Source: Desulfomonilia bacterium (GTDB lineage: Bacteria > Desulfobacterota > Desulfomonilia > UBA1062). From it: a DNA stretch of 64,000 bases. The DNA is taken from contig CAXXDQ010000003.1 in NCBI GenBank assembly GCA_963664325.2, forward strand, positions 800,001-864,000, read 5' to 3'. Below the pieces are notes generated by a model, which was not told where the DNA came from, did no database searches, and was given only the letters and a program-made list of their open reading frames with translations. Each line of letters begins with the position of its first letter. The stretch's first letter is position 1. The position numbers and the translations under genes were made by a program. Below, one piece after another: positions 32,557 through 42,990 of the stretch.

Positions 32557-33555
32557 TTATACTTTACCGTCATATGTCCTTACTATCTCAACCGCCAGAT
32601 TCTCACCAAGGGTTCCCGCCTTGCCATAAAATTTGGTTTCACCCTGCACGCTCACTGCGAGTTCACCGCCGGATGAATTTTCAAGCATTATAATATCACC
32701 TTTCTTAAGTTTTGCTATCTGTCTCCCCGTGAGCTTGGAACTGCCCAGTTCAACAGATATTTCTATCGGTACGGATTTAAGGTTTCCCCTGAACTTTTCG
32801 GTCCATAAACTATCGGACGGCGGTGACGAAAGGCCTGATAGGACTGCGCCAAGACCGGGTTTTATAAGCTCGATCAGCATATACGGGATGCATATCATGA
32901 CCGAGCCGTTTGCATGTTCAAGTCCTACTTCGAACTCGGCTACGATTACGGCGTCATTTTCATTGATGACCCCTGTAAACTGCGGATTGGATTCGCTTCT
33001 GACATAATTAAAACCAAGATCCTCAACAGGTTTGAAAGCCTCGTTCAGATCTTTTACGGCCCCGTCGGCCACCTTTCTGAGCATGTTTTTTTCAATGGAA
33101 GTAAATTCCCTCCCTTCCATCCTGTAGCCGCTTCCTGCGCCGCCTCTTCCGCCGAAGAAAAGGTCGACCAGGGAAATTACCAGTTTGGTCTCAAGTATTA
33201 TAAGGGCGCTTATATTGAATTTTTCCGAACGGATTATGCTGATGCTTGAAGGTACCGAGATAGAACGCATGAAATTGCCGAACCTGAGTGTTTCCAGCGA
33301 TGCATAGGAGATATCACCCATCCGCCTCAGCATGTTTGAAAGCCTTACCCTGAAAAGTTTGCAGAACCTGTCGTTGACGGCATCCAGTTGAGGCAGCTTG
33401 CCCCGCACGATCTTATCCTGCGCGGCGAAGTCATAGGGCCTGGTGATCCATATCTCATCCCGGTTGCCCTTTTCAGAAGATTCTTTGGAGATATCTCCAC
33501 CGATCATGCCTCTAAGAAGGGCATCAACTTCTTCCTGGCTCAATATCTGTCCCAT
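32557..33555 (-). CDS. fliM: Flagellar motor switch protein FliM
   Basis: ILSQEEVDALL CheY-binding peptide, PYDF, REFTSIE, SESNPQF, C-terminal SpoA domain. Confidence 0.93.
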   Translation of the reverse strand: MGQILSQEEVDALLRGMIGGDISKESSEKGNRDEIWITRPYDFAAQDKIVRGKLPQLDAVNDRFCKLFRVRLSNMLRRMGDISYASLETLRFGNFMRSISVPSSISIIRSEKFNISALIILETKLVISLVDLFFGGRGGAGSGYRMEGREFTSIEKNMLRKVADGAVKDLNEAFKPVEDLGFNYVRSESNPQFTGVINENDAVIVAEFEVGLEHANGSVMICIPYMLIELIKPGLGAVLSGLSSPPSDSLWTEKFRGNLKSVPIEISVELGSSKLTGRQIAKLKKGDIIMLENSSGGELAVSVQGETKFYGKAGTLGENLAVEIVRTYDGKV

Positions 33556-33563
33556 TTTTCCCT

Positions 33564-34283
33564 CTATTCTTTTAATGCCGTACCGGCAGTATCAGTATAA
33601 GGCCTTAACTTCAGGATTACTATTTCCAGGCGGTTATTATCCGACACCGGCATCTTGGTGTTTTTATCAATATTAGGTCTTTTGCTGCCGTAACCTGTTA
33701 TGCTGAATCTTGTAGGGCTCATACCCGATTCATAAATAAAATAATCAAGAACGGAAGCGGCCATTCCAAGGGAAAGACTCGCGTCTGCATCATCAGCCCC
33801 GGATCTGGCAGTATGCCCCTCAATTGATATAAAATCCCGGGTATCTTTCAATAAAAATGTGATTCTATCCAGATATTTCGAAGCATTTTTATTAAGATTT
33901 CTCCCGGAAGCATCAAAGATTGAAGATGCAGGAATGCTCAGAACCAGACCGCGTTCGCTCTCTGAAATAAAGAGCCCTTTTTCCTCTTCGGAGAATGACA
34001 ATTTTATCTTGTTCAGGAGCTCGGCTGAAAGAGCGTTTTGTCCCGACAGCAGCTTTTCTTTACTGCCCGGCAACACTTCTTCTGGCATATTAAAGACAGC
34101 GGCCTTGCCCTTGTTCAAACTCAACCTGTCCATAACGGTTTTTTCATTGAACCCGCTCATTGCCACGATCATGACAAAAAAGGTCATCAGCAGGGTTATC
34201 ATATCGGAAAATGTGATCCTCCAATTATCCATGGGGGATATGCTGAGAAAGCTTTCTTCCTGTTTAATTCTCCTGCTCATCAC
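33564..34283 (-). CDS. motB: Flagellar stator MotB
   Basis: WRITFSDMITLLMTFF with the conserved Asp; OmpA-like C-terminus (IEGHT, GYGSKRP, NNRLEI). Confidence 0.85.
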   Translation of the reverse strand: MMSRRIKQEESFLSISPMDNWRITFSDMITLLMTFFVMIVAMSGFNEKTVMDRLSLNKGKAAVFNMPEEVLPGSKEKLLSGQNALSAELLNKIKLSFSEEEKGLFISESERGLVLSIPASSIFDASGRNLNKNASKYLDRITFLLKDTRDFISIEGHTARSGADDADASLSLGMAASVLDYFIYESGMSPTRFSITGYGSKRPNIDKNTKMPVSDNNRLEIVILKLRPYTDTAGTALKE

Positions 34284-35044
34284 TTTTCCTCAATGGGTAT
34301 TTCATATCCCTTGTAATGATAAACCGGCGGAGGAGGGGTCTCTTCCTTCTTGATATCTTTCGCCCTTGCACCGGCTTCCCCCGGCATCTTGCCTGCTATT
34401 GTGATCTCAACTCTGGAATTTATATTTCTTCCGGCCTCGGTTGAATTGGATGATATCGGATGTTCGGGGCCCATGCCGTATGCCCGCATCCTCTTGTAAT
34501 CAACGCCTTTCGAAGCCAGGTAATTCATGACTGCCATCGCTCTGGCAGCCGAAAGCGTCCAGTTCGAGCGGAATGGTGCGGTTTCGACAGGCCTGGAATC
34601 CGTAAAGCCAGTGATGACGATATCATTAGGTATGCCTTTTATTAGTGATGCGACGGTGTCGACCTTTTCAAGGGAATCAGTTTTGAGCCTGGCTGAATCC
34701 TTCTCGAAGAGCAGGCTTGCCTTTATTGCAAGCGTTGTTCCCAGACTGCTTGAATAGACGCCCGTGTCCCTTATGACTCCTCCTGCCTGAAGGGCTTTCC
34801 TGAATTTTATTATATCAAGCCTGTCCGTATCCGTCATGGTAATGCCTGTAAAACCTTTAATTTGCGACGAGGTCATGCCGAAGCCTTCGAAAATGGAATT
34901 GATGCCCAGTCTTGCCTTTCTTGCGTCCGGCAGGGATATTGAGGCGAGTGCCACGAAGAAACTCATCAGGAGAAGGCTTATCGATGTCATGATCACAAGG
35001 TTTGATTTTCTCCTGAGAGACAAATTTTGTGTACTGCTGTCCAT
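34280..35044 (-). CDS. MotB-like OmpA-domain protein lacking the TM Asp
   Basis: TM IMTSISLLLMSFFVAL; ITGFTD, NWTLSAARA, GRNINSRVEI. Confidence 0.8.
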   Translation of the reverse strand: MDSSTQNLSLRRKSNLVIMTSISLLLMSFFVALASISLPDARKARLGINSIFEGFGMTSSQIKGFTGITMTDTDRLDIIKFRKALQAGGVIRDTGVYSSSLGTTLAIKASLLFEKDSARLKTDSLEKVDTVASLIKGIPNDIVITGFTDSRPVETAPFRSNWTLSAARAMAVMNYLASKGVDYKRMRAYGMGPEHPISSNSTEAGRNINSRVEITIAGKMPGEAGARAKDIKKEETPPPPVYHYKGYEIPIEEK

Positions 35045-35046
35045 CG

Positions 35047-35829
35047 TTATTCCCTGGATTTAGCCTTTTCTCTCTCCCGCAACCTTGGGGCGAGATATGC
35101 ATGCAGCTTTCTCTCTACTATCCTCGGGTTGTCGCCCGTGGATATCGACATTATCCCTTCAACGACGATTCCTCTTATAAGCATTTCTTCATTTGAACGG
35201 GAGGACAGTTTGCCGGCCATGGGCAGGGCAAAGAGGTTGGCGATCAGGGCACCGTAAAATGTTGTTATCAGGGCCACGGCCATTGCCGGTCCTATGCTTG
35301 AGGGGTCGTTCATGGACTGCAGCATCTGGACAAGTCCTATTAAAGTACCGACCATTCCCATTGCAGGCGCATATGTGGCAATGGAGTTTAAAATGTCCGT
35401 GCCCTTTTTATGCCTGATCCCGAGATTTTCCATCTCGCTTTCGAGGATATCGCGAATCGACTGGGGTTCAAGGCCGTCAATGACCAGTTCAAGTCCCTGC
35501 TTGAGAAATGGGTCTTTTATATCGGTTGCAGCGGACTCAAGCGCCAGGATGCCCTCACGACGGGCTTTCGTGGCGAATGTTACAAAGGCGGTTATCAGGC
35601 CTTTAGGGTCGTATGCCGATGATTTGAACGCATTTTTGATAACACCGAGAACGCCGCCGATGTCTTTCAGGGGGAAATTGATAAATACGATTCCGAGCGT
35701 GCCCCCGATGACAATGAGCGCACTCGGCAAGTCCCAGAACAGACTCAAAGGGCTGCCCATGAGGATTCCATAGAGGATCATCCCCAGGGCAACAACCAGT
35801 CCGATAATAGTTGCAAGGTCCATATTCAC
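35047..35829 (-). CDS. motA: Flagellar stator MotA/PomA
   Basis: ARREGILALE, APAMGMVGTLIGLVQML, AVALITTFYG, GDNPR. Confidence 0.93.
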   Translation of the reverse strand: MNMDLATIIGLVVALGMILYGILMGSPLSLFWDLPSALIVIGGTLGIVFINFPLKDIGGVLGVIKNAFKSSAYDPKGLITAFVTFATKARREGILALESAATDIKDPFLKQGLELVIDGLEPQSIRDILESEMENLGIRHKKGTDILNSIATYAPAMGMVGTLIGLVQMLQSMNDPSSIGPAMAVALITTFYGALIANLFALPMAGKLSSRSNEEMLIRGIVVEGIMSISTGDNPRIVERKLHAYLAPRLREREKAKSRE

Positions 35830-35854
35830 ACCTGCCGTTTAATTCACTTATATA

Positions 35855-35870
35855 AGCAAGCATGATGCCA
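35855..35870 (-). promoter_or_regulatory. Sigma-54 (-24/-12) promoter of the mot/fli operon
   Basis: Minus strand TGGCATCATGCTTGCT fits TGGCAC-N5-TTGCW with one mismatch, about 25-30 bp upstream of motA. Confidence 0.75.
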
Positions 35871-35995
35871 TCTGTTGATAAAAAGGCAAAAGCCTGTATC
35901 CGCCTGCATTCTTATAAGTGTTACATCCCTTATCGGCGTTTACCCCTGAACAGTTTATTGACGGTTTGATGAATTTTTTATGGCGGTCGGGTTAA

Positions 35996-36030
35996 CAGTA
36001 GTGAGTGATGAGTTATCAGGGATGAGTTAA
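35996..36030. repeat. Degenerate heptamer tandem repeat
   Basis: CAGTAGT GAGTGAT GAGTTAT CAGGGAT GAGTTAA. Confidence 0.55.
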
Positions 36031-36062
36031 AGCAAAATATCAGGGCTGACGATAGAAAACAT

Positions 36063-37019
36063 GTGATGAATGAATTAAGGAGAATAGCCCAGAACGGTCT
36101 GCACAGGAATGGAAATGGATTCAGAAATCCTTTGCTTTCAGGCACCGAGAGGAATTTCTTTGATGTTCTCAAATGGAAACTTACCGGCAGGAACGGGTAC
36201 AGGGATTTGTACAGATATGAAAGGGTAAAGCCTGTGAAGATTGATTTCAAGACAATCGAGGGTAAGGACGGGTTGTCCGTCACCTTTGTTAAACATGCCT
36301 CCATATTTATAAATGACGGAGATGCCACAATACTTGTCGATCCGGTGTTTTTTTTCCTGCCGGGAGTCAGAAACTTTACACCCTTTGCATTCAAACCTCA
36401 GGAATTTCCTCCACCTGATTATGTGCTTATCACCCATGATCATTATGACCATCTCAGTTTGAGGACACTGAAACTCTTCAGAGATAAATCGAGGCTGATT
36501 ACGCCGCTGGGGTATAAAGGCCTGATAAAAGGTTATCGGAAAAGGCGTGAGGAGCTTGACTGGTTCGGCTCATACAATGACGGCAAAAGGGAGATCATTT
36601 CGGTGCCGAGCAATCACTGGTGTTTCAGAAATCCGGTAAGAGGCCGGAACAGTTCGCTCTGGTGTTCATACCTCATCAAAACTTCAAAGTCACAGAACAT
36701 TTTCATTGCAGGCGATACGGCCTATCATGATTATTTTGCCGATATCGGCAGGGATTTTAAAATCGACCTGGCCATATTCAATCTGGGAGCATATGAACCG
36801 GAATGGTTCATGAACCCGGCCCATATCAATCCTGAAGACACCGTCAAGGCCTTTCAGGAGCTTAAGGCGGACAGGCTGATGATAGTTCACTGGGGAAGCT
36901 TCAGGCTGGGCGACGACCCCGTATGGCTTCCGCCGGTGGATATTGCCCATAACATGAAAAAGGCCGGTCTATCTGAAAAGCTCGTTCACCTTGAACACGG
37001 AGAGACGCTGTTTTTGTAA
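36063..37019 (+). CDS. MBL-fold metallo-hydrolase (NAPE-PLD/RomA-like)
   Basis: THDHYDH, NHW, AGDTAY, GAYEP, HINPED, VHWGSF. Confidence 0.88.
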   Translation: MMNELRRIAQNGLHRNGNGFRNPLLSGTERNFFDVLKWKLTGRNGYRDLYRYERVKPVKIDFKTIEGKDGLSVTFVKHASIFINDGDATILVDPVFFFLPGVRNFTPFAFKPQEFPPPDYVLITHDHYDHLSLRTLKLFRDKSRLITPLGYKGLIKGYRKRREELDWFGSYNDGKREIISVPSNHWCFRNPVRGRNSSLWCSYLIKTSKSQNIFIAGDTAYHDYFADIGRDFKIDLAIFNLGAYEPEWFMNPAHINPEDTVKAFQELKADRLMIVHWGSFRLGDDPVWLPPVDIAHNMKKAGLSEKLVHLEHGETLFL

Positions 37020-37150
37020 AATAACCTGCAGTTTTCTCCGGATCAGGCCTATTTCAGTCAGGAATTTTTTTCTTGATAAAAAAGACCTCTTTCTATAACC
37101 ATTATGCCTACATATTTTTCCACAATAAACTTCCTTGAAAAGGAGAACTC

Positions 37151-39817
37151 ATGCTTAAAAAATACGTGTACCTTTTTGGCGGAAGGGCAACCAAAGCAGA
37201 AGGCAGTGCGGACATGAAGGCCCTTCTTGGAGGCAAAGGCGCAAACCTGGCAGAGATGACAAACCTGAGCATCCCTGTTCCTCCCGGATTCACAATCTCG
37301 ACCGAAGTATGTTCTGTTTATTATGAGACCGACGGGATTCCCAAAGAGGTGAGGACCCAGGTGAAGGAAGCCCTTAGAAAAGTGGAAAAGATGATGGAGC
37401 TTTCCTTTGGCGACCCGGAAGCGCCCCTCTTGTTTTCGGTACGTTCGGGTGCACGGGCATCCATGCCGGGCATGATGGATACGGTTCTCAATCTGGGCAT
37501 CAACGATGAAACCGTTCATGGACTCATCAAGATGAGCGGAAACGAGCGCTTTGCATGGGACTGCTACAGGAGGTTCATCCAGATGTATTCCGATGTCGTC
37601 ATGGAAGCGGATTCACAGGTGCTTGAAGAAGAGCTTGAGAAGATGAAGGAGAAGAAAGGCGTCAGACTCGATACGGAGCTCGATGCAAACGACCTTAAAA
37701 AGCTTGTAAGGATATTCAAGGAAAAAGTCGAAAAACTCGTGGGCAGGCCTGTCCCTACCGACCCGATAGAGCAGCTCTGGGGAGGTATTGAAGCGGTCTT
37801 CAAGTCATGGAACACGCCGCGCGCCATTACCTACCGAAAACTGAACGGCATCCCGGACTGGTGGGGGACCGCGGTCAACGTGCAGGCCATGGTCTTTGGA
37901 AACATGGGCAACAGTTCGGCTACCGGCGTATGCTTTACGCGGGATCCATCCACGGGTGAAAAAATATTCTATGGTGAATACCTCATAAACGCCCAGGGAG
38001 AGGACGTCGTTGCAGGTATCCGCACGCCGCAGCCCATGAACGAGAAAGGCAAACGGGAAAAAGACCAGGTCTCCATGGAAAAGGCGATGCCTGACCAGTA
38101 CAAGCAGCTTGTCGAGATATACAAGACCCTTGAAAAGCACTACAAGGACATGCAGGATATGGAATTCACGGTCCAGGAAAATAACCTGTGGATGCTTCAG
38201 ACCAGGACCGGTAAAAGAACAGCTACGGCGGCAGTCAAGATTGCAGCCGACATGGTTGATGAAGGACTTATCGACAAGGAAGAGGCGGTTCTCAGGATTG
38301 ATCCGGAACAGATAAATCAGCTCCTTCACCCGGCGATAGACCCGAAGGCGAAGAGGAATATAATCGGCAAGGGTCTGCCTGCATCCCCGGGCGCAGCAGT
38401 GGGGAAGGTCGTGTTTTCCGCTGAGGATGCGGAGGTCGAGGCAAAACACGGCCAGAAGGTCATACTGGTCCGTGTCGAGACATCACCTGAAGATATTCAC
38501 GGCATGAATGTCGCCCAGGGCGTTCTCACCGCCAGGGGCGGCATGACGTCGCATGCTGCTGTTGTCGCCCGCGGTATGGGGAAATGCTGCGTTGCCGGCT
38601 GCAGTGCGCTTACCGTCGACTACAAGAAACAGGTCTGTTCCATAGGAGGGCAGAAAGTCAAGAAAGGAGACTGGCTGACTCTTGACGGGTCCAAGGGCGA
38701 AGTGATACTGGGCCAGTGCCCGACGGTCGATCCGACACTCTCGGGCGCATTCGGTATAATCATGGAATGGGCCGACAAGTTCAGAAAACTTAAGGTCAGG
38801 ACAAACGCCGACACACCCAAGGATACAAAGGTTGCGCGTGAATTTGGCGCCGAAGGCATAGGCCTGTGCCGCACTGAGCACATGTTCTTTGAAGGTAACC
38901 GCATTCTGGCTGTGCGCGAGATGATCCTGGCGGAGGACGAGAAAGGGCGTCGCAAGGCGCTTGCCAAACTGGCGCCCATGCAGAAGGGCGACTTCAAGGG
39001 CATATTCGCTGAAATGGACGGATTCCCGGTGACCATAAGGCTCCTTGACCCGCCGCTGCATGAATTCCTGCCGCATACGGACGAAGAAATTGCCGACGTC
39101 GCCAAGGCGATGAAGAAGGGTGTCGCTGAAATTAAAGCAAAGAACGAACAGTTGCACGAGGCCAATCCCATGCTTGGCCACAGGGGTTGCAGGCTGGGGA
39201 TAACCTTCCCTGAAATATACGAAATGCAGGTCAGGGCCATAATGGAAGCGGCCTGCGAATGTAAAAAAGAGGGCATCGAGGTTGAACCGGAAATCATGAT
39301 CCCTCTTGTTGCATTGGCAAAAGAGTTGGAAGTCTTGAGGGAAATGACGGTTGCTGTATGTGAAGAAGTGCTGAAAGCTGCAAAGGTAAAGCTGAAATAC
39401 ATGGTAGGTACCATGATAGAGCTTCCGCGTGCCGCCGTTACCGCAGATACCATTGCAAGGCATGCAGAGTTTTTCTCGTTCGGTACGAACGACCTGACGC
39501 AGACGACATTCGGCCTGTCACGAGATGATGCAGGCAAGTTCCTGCCGGATTATGTAGCCAAAAAAATACTCCCGGCCGATCCTTTCATGACGCTGGATAC
39601 GGAAGGTGTGGGAGAGCTTATAAGGATAGGCATTACAAAAGGCCGGGCTGCACGTGAAAACCTCAAGGTAGGCATTTGCGGCGAACACGGCGGGGACCCT
39701 GCTTCGGTGGAATTCTGCCATGGCGCAGGCATGAACTATGTCAGCTGTTCACCTTACAGGGTGCCGATTGCAAGGCTGGCCGCGGCTCAGGCTGCACTGA
39801 AAGCAGACAAAAAATGA
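37151..39817 (+). CDS. ppdK: Pyruvate, phosphate dikinase
   Basis: LLGGKGANLAEM, SVRSGA, phospho-His GGMTSHAAVVAR, GLCRTEHMF, GICGEHGG. Confidence 0.98.
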   Translation: MLKKYVYLFGGRATKAEGSADMKALLGGKGANLAEMTNLSIPVPPGFTISTEVCSVYYETDGIPKEVRTQVKEALRKVEKMMELSFGDPEAPLLFSVRSGARASMPGMMDTVLNLGINDETVHGLIKMSGNERFAWDCYRRFIQMYSDVVMEADSQVLEEELEKMKEKKGVRLDTELDANDLKKLVRIFKEKVEKLVGRPVPTDPIEQLWGGIEAVFKSWNTPRAITYRKLNGIPDWWGTAVNVQAMVFGNMGNSSATGVCFTRDPSTGEKIFYGEYLINAQGEDVVAGIRTPQPMNEKGKREKDQVSMEKAMPDQYKQLVEIYKTLEKHYKDMQDMEFTVQENNLWMLQTRTGKRTATAAVKIAADMVDEGLIDKEEAVLRIDPEQINQLLHPAIDPKAKRNIIGKGLPASPGAAVGKVVFSAEDAEVEAKHGQKVILVRVETSPEDIHGMNVAQGVLTARGGMTSHAAVVARGMGKCCVAGCSALTVDYKKQVCSIGGQKVKKGDWLTLDGSKGEVILGQCPTVDPTLSGAFGIIMEWADKFRKLKVRTNADTPKDTKVAREFGAEGIGLCRTEHMFFEGNRILAVREMILAEDEKGRRKALAKLAPMQKGDFKGIFAEMDGFPVTIRLLDPPLHEFLPHTDEEIADVAKAMKKGVAEIKAKNEQLHEANPMLGHRGCRLGITFPEIYEMQVRAIMEAACECKKEGIEVEPEIMIPLVALAKELEVLREMTVAVCEEVLKAAKVKLKYMVGTMIELPRAAVTADTIARHAEFFSFGTNDLTQTTFGLSRDDAGKFLPDYVAKKILPADPFMTLDTEGVGELIRIGITKGRAARENLKVGICGEHGGDPASVEFCHGAGMNYVSCSPYRVPIARLAAAQAALKADKK

Positions 39818-39929
39818 GTATTCCTTTTGCATTCAAGATGATGCCAAGGAGGCAAGGAGGAAGCAACGCAGGCATACATATAAGTATGGCGAGGAGCATT
39901 CTGACGCAGCTGACAATGGCAGGGCTTGA

Positions 39930-40544
39930 ATGCGAACAGGAATAATAACTTTCGAGGGCGGCGAGGGTGCGGGCAAAACCACCCAGGCCGCTCTGCTCAA
40001 AGAATATCTGGAAAAAACCGGCCGCCGGGTTGTCTCAATCAGGGATCCCGGCGGGTCGGAACTGTCTGAAAATATAAGGAAACTCTTTCTGGGCTGCCAG
40101 ATGGATGCGATGACCGAACTGATGCTGCTCCTGGCGGCCAGACGAAATAATATAACTGCTGTCATAAAGCCTGCGCTTGATGCCGGTTCAGTTGTCATAA
40201 TCGACCGTTTCATCGATTCGACCCTGGTCTATCAGGGTGTTGCAGGAGGGCTTGGAACGGATAAAGTCAGAGCCATGATGACAGATACGGGCACATGGCT
40301 TGAACCGGACATTACGTTCCTCTTGGATATCGACCCTGAAATTGCTTGTACCCGGTATGTCCCATCGGACAGGTTCGAAACAAGGGGAATAAAGATGCAG
40401 AAAATTATCCGGCAGGGTTTTCTGAATATCTGCATAAAGAAAAGGCATCATATAATAAATGCGGGCATGACGAAGGAAGTTATATTTGAAGAAATAAAGA
40501 AAGTTATGGAGAATATGATTCATATAACAGGAAATAAGAGATAA
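39930..40544 (+). CDS. tmk: Thymidylate kinase
   Basis: FEGGEGAGKTTQ, RDPGG, DRFIDSTLVYQG, PDITFLLD, DRFE. Confidence 0.93.
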   Translation: MRTGIITFEGGEGAGKTTQAALLKEYLEKTGRRVVSIRDPGGSELSENIRKLFLGCQMDAMTELMLLLAARRNNITAVIKPALDAGSVVIIDRFIDSTLVYQGVAGGLGTDKVRAMMTDTGTWLEPDITFLLDIDPEIACTRYVPSDRFETRGIKMQKIIRQGFLNICIKKRHHIINAGMTKEVIFEEIKKVMENMIHITGNKR

Positions 40545-40953
40545 TATCATTTTATGAATTGCGGGGATTAGCTCTCGAGAATTTAAATAACCGGCCTTTT
40601 ATTTGTCTTGTCCTTTTTTATTTTTAACTCCGTTTTATTTCTTATCCTTATTTTAAACTTCAGGTTAGATCGGCTTATAGAGGCGGATTTCATCAGGCGA
40701 CGATTCTGAAAGCGCTTTCTGTCCTGTTCGCTAAAAAAAGGCATTCTTAATTTCATTGTCCCTGCTTGTAAAAAGATAAAAGCTCCCCCGATAACTTATC
40801 CTTAAAGGTAGACATAACAATGTCCGCTCGATCTAAAAGCCGATTTGTTTGCTATAGGAAGATGCCTGGAAGATTATTTACTGTTTGTCAATTGTTGGGA
40901 TCTGAACCACTATGGTTCTCCGCAATCCCTTATTTTGTTACTGATTTTACCAG

Positions 40954-42798
40954 TTACCAGCCTTTTGTTCCTAACTCATCGATCGTATAAATGTTTCTCT
41001 GGCTGGGCTGGCCGTTATAGATCTGAGCGGCGATCGGATGAATGAACAGGTCCTCGTATATGAAACCGAAGCCGTCGTTAATGGAATTGGCTCCCTTCGT
41101 CTTATAATCGTTGCCGGCGGCTGCGAAAGTCCAGTTAATGGCACATTTCATATTCATAATCGAACTCAAGCCTGCCCAGGCGAACAATGCTTCTCTCCAT
41201 GAAACGGATGCAGAGTCACTCAGGAACGTAATTTGAGTAGATTTTGCTCCGAGGTGAACCCAGGTAAACCTGTTATTATTCAGGTAAGTCGAGATAAACG
41301 CCTGCATGACCGGGTGAAGGTTTTCGATATTGTCATACAGATTTTTCGGGACCTCGATACACCCGGATTTGGGCTGCACCTGATTTGGGGTGAGTCCCCT
41401 GTCCTGCAGCCGATAGGTTCGCATGGTCTGGGTCGAATGCAGCACCAGGTCATAATAAGCGGCATTATCGCCATTCCCCACATAAACACGCAACAGAGCA
41501 GGTGACACATAACACCCGAAATTGAGGAGTTCCACCGCGAAGTCAGAGGCGGTTATGCTGTCGACCGTATCCGGCAGCCTGCCGATATTACCGGTATTAT
41601 GCGTGTAACAGACGTCTTCAGTCCCACCCAGGGTTTCATCCGAGCTGTCATAGGGCTTGTTCATGATCTCGGTTCCCTTGATCGGTTGATCGGTTAAAAC
41701 AAAAGTCCATCTGGTATTGCCGGGATCTTCCATATTATCAAACATGTCTTTTTGATAATATCCTGTCCGGCCCTTTTCGTTCCAGCCTTCAACACGCATC
41801 ATGGCATGATGGCCTTCATTCCCAATGCGGTTCAGACTAATTCTGTCGGTAATCCGGCCTGAAATCTTGGGCTGCTGATGCCATGACCATACAGGGAGTT
41901 GAAATTTGCGCAAACTGTCATCGGTAATACACCTCTGGTCTTCATAGGTATAATCGAAATAGTCGTTGTCGTTCGGGCTGTGACCTGAACTGTCATAGTC
42001 ATACATCCTGGTGAATATATCGCCGTATTCATTTATGAGCATATGTCGGCCGCCTGTTGAAGACAGGTTGACCGAAATGAATCGCCCTCGTTTGGGAGAA
42101 CACATCTCAAAACCCCAGTCCGAGGGCTGCCAGCCGTCCATCCATGTGATATGCTGTCCGTCCTTTTGCAGCACGAACACATGCGTACATCCACCTGCAC
42201 CGATTGTCCTAGGCCACATGGTGGTGTCTGTATAGGTTCCATCCGCCGCATTCGATATTGACCATGCTTTATACCCTTCGGGGAGGAAGTTTTTCATGCC
42301 CATGCTGAACGGGAACCCCCTGTGCCGTATCCATGCTATATCACTTATACCGTATTCAATGAGGGGTGAGGGCAGGTACTCGAGTACTTTGCGCTCAATT
42401 GAAGACATATCGCTTATATCGCCCAGGGCATGGGGGGTAAACCAGAATTCCCGGTCCGCATTAGCGAGCTCGAGAAAATTATGGTCCATTGTAAGGGTTA
42501 TTGCTTTTCCTTCAAGTCCGTCAGGCAACGGCACCTGCTGCCAACTACCGCCGCTTGTCTCTCTTAAATAAAGATGCCCGTCGCGCAATTTTGCGTAGTA
42601 TCTCTCGTTGAATGACTCTGTCGGCCCTTTGATGCAGACTTCCGAAAGATCCTGTACTGCTTCTTCAGCAGTCTCTTCTTTAACGGCCTGCTCTTCAGCA
42701 ATATTTTCAGTATTTTCTTCAGCAGCACATGCCGTTAAGATTGCCGTAATAAGGATGAAGATTAAATAATTAAGAAGTCTGACTTTTTCTTTTTTCAT
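40954..42798 (-). CDS. Large hypothetical lipoprotein
   Basis: Signal MKKEKVRLLNYLIFILITAILTA-C lipobox, acidic linker, Trp/Tyr-rich body; no family recognised. Confidence 0.7.
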   Translation of the reverse strand: MKKEKVRLLNYLIFILITAILTACAAEENTENIAEEQAVKEETAEEAVQDLSEVCIKGPTESFNERYYAKLRDGHLYLRETSGGSWQQVPLPDGLEGKAITLTMDHNFLELANADREFWFTPHALGDISDMSSIERKVLEYLPSPLIEYGISDIAWIRHRGFPFSMGMKNFLPEGYKAWSISNAADGTYTDTTMWPRTIGAGGCTHVFVLQKDGQHITWMDGWQPSDWGFEMCSPKRGRFISVNLSSTGGRHMLINEYGDIFTRMYDYDSSGHSPNDNDYFDYTYEDQRCITDDSLRKFQLPVWSWHQQPKISGRITDRISLNRIGNEGHHAMMRVEGWNEKGRTGYYQKDMFDNMEDPGNTRWTFVLTDQPIKGTEIMNKPYDSSDETLGGTEDVCYTHNTGNIGRLPDTVDSITASDFAVELLNFGCYVSPALLRVYVGNGDNAAYYDLVLHSTQTMRTYRLQDRGLTPNQVQPKSGCIEVPKNLYDNIENLHPVMQAFISTYLNNNRFTWVHLGAKSTQITFLSDSASVSWREALFAWAGLSSIMNMKCAINWTFAAAGNDYKTKGANSINDGFGFIYEDLFIHPIAAQIYNGQPSQRNIYTIDELGTKGW

Positions 42799-42931
42799 GA
42801 CATTCCCTCTAATTAAACTCACATAAAATTACACACTATATTTTATTATACCTTATATTTCGATCAAAAACAAAAAGATTGGAAATCCGGGGACATTGGA
42901 ATTTCTTCAGGTAAAAAAATGGAATCAAAGA

Positions 42932-42990
42932 GGGGTCATACGCCGATAGTTGACAAATTGAAATCCGAGCTGAAAGGCGTCAGTCCTTGA
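42932..42990 (-). repeat. Two short motif copies at the RAYT 3' end
   Basis: Minus strand TGTCAACTATCGGCGTATGACCCC (42932-42955) and TCAAGGACTGACGCC (42976-42990, contains the RAYT stop codon). Confidence 0.7.

Noticed and set aside
38483-39537. Long antisense ORFs inside ppdK (and similar ones inside carB, mutS, fusA)
   Set aside because: Antisense shadows of strongly conserved genes, with no motifs of their own
39676-39945. ORF bridging ppdK and tmk
   Set aside because: Mostly overlaps ppdK in another frame; the remaining short part has no supporting features
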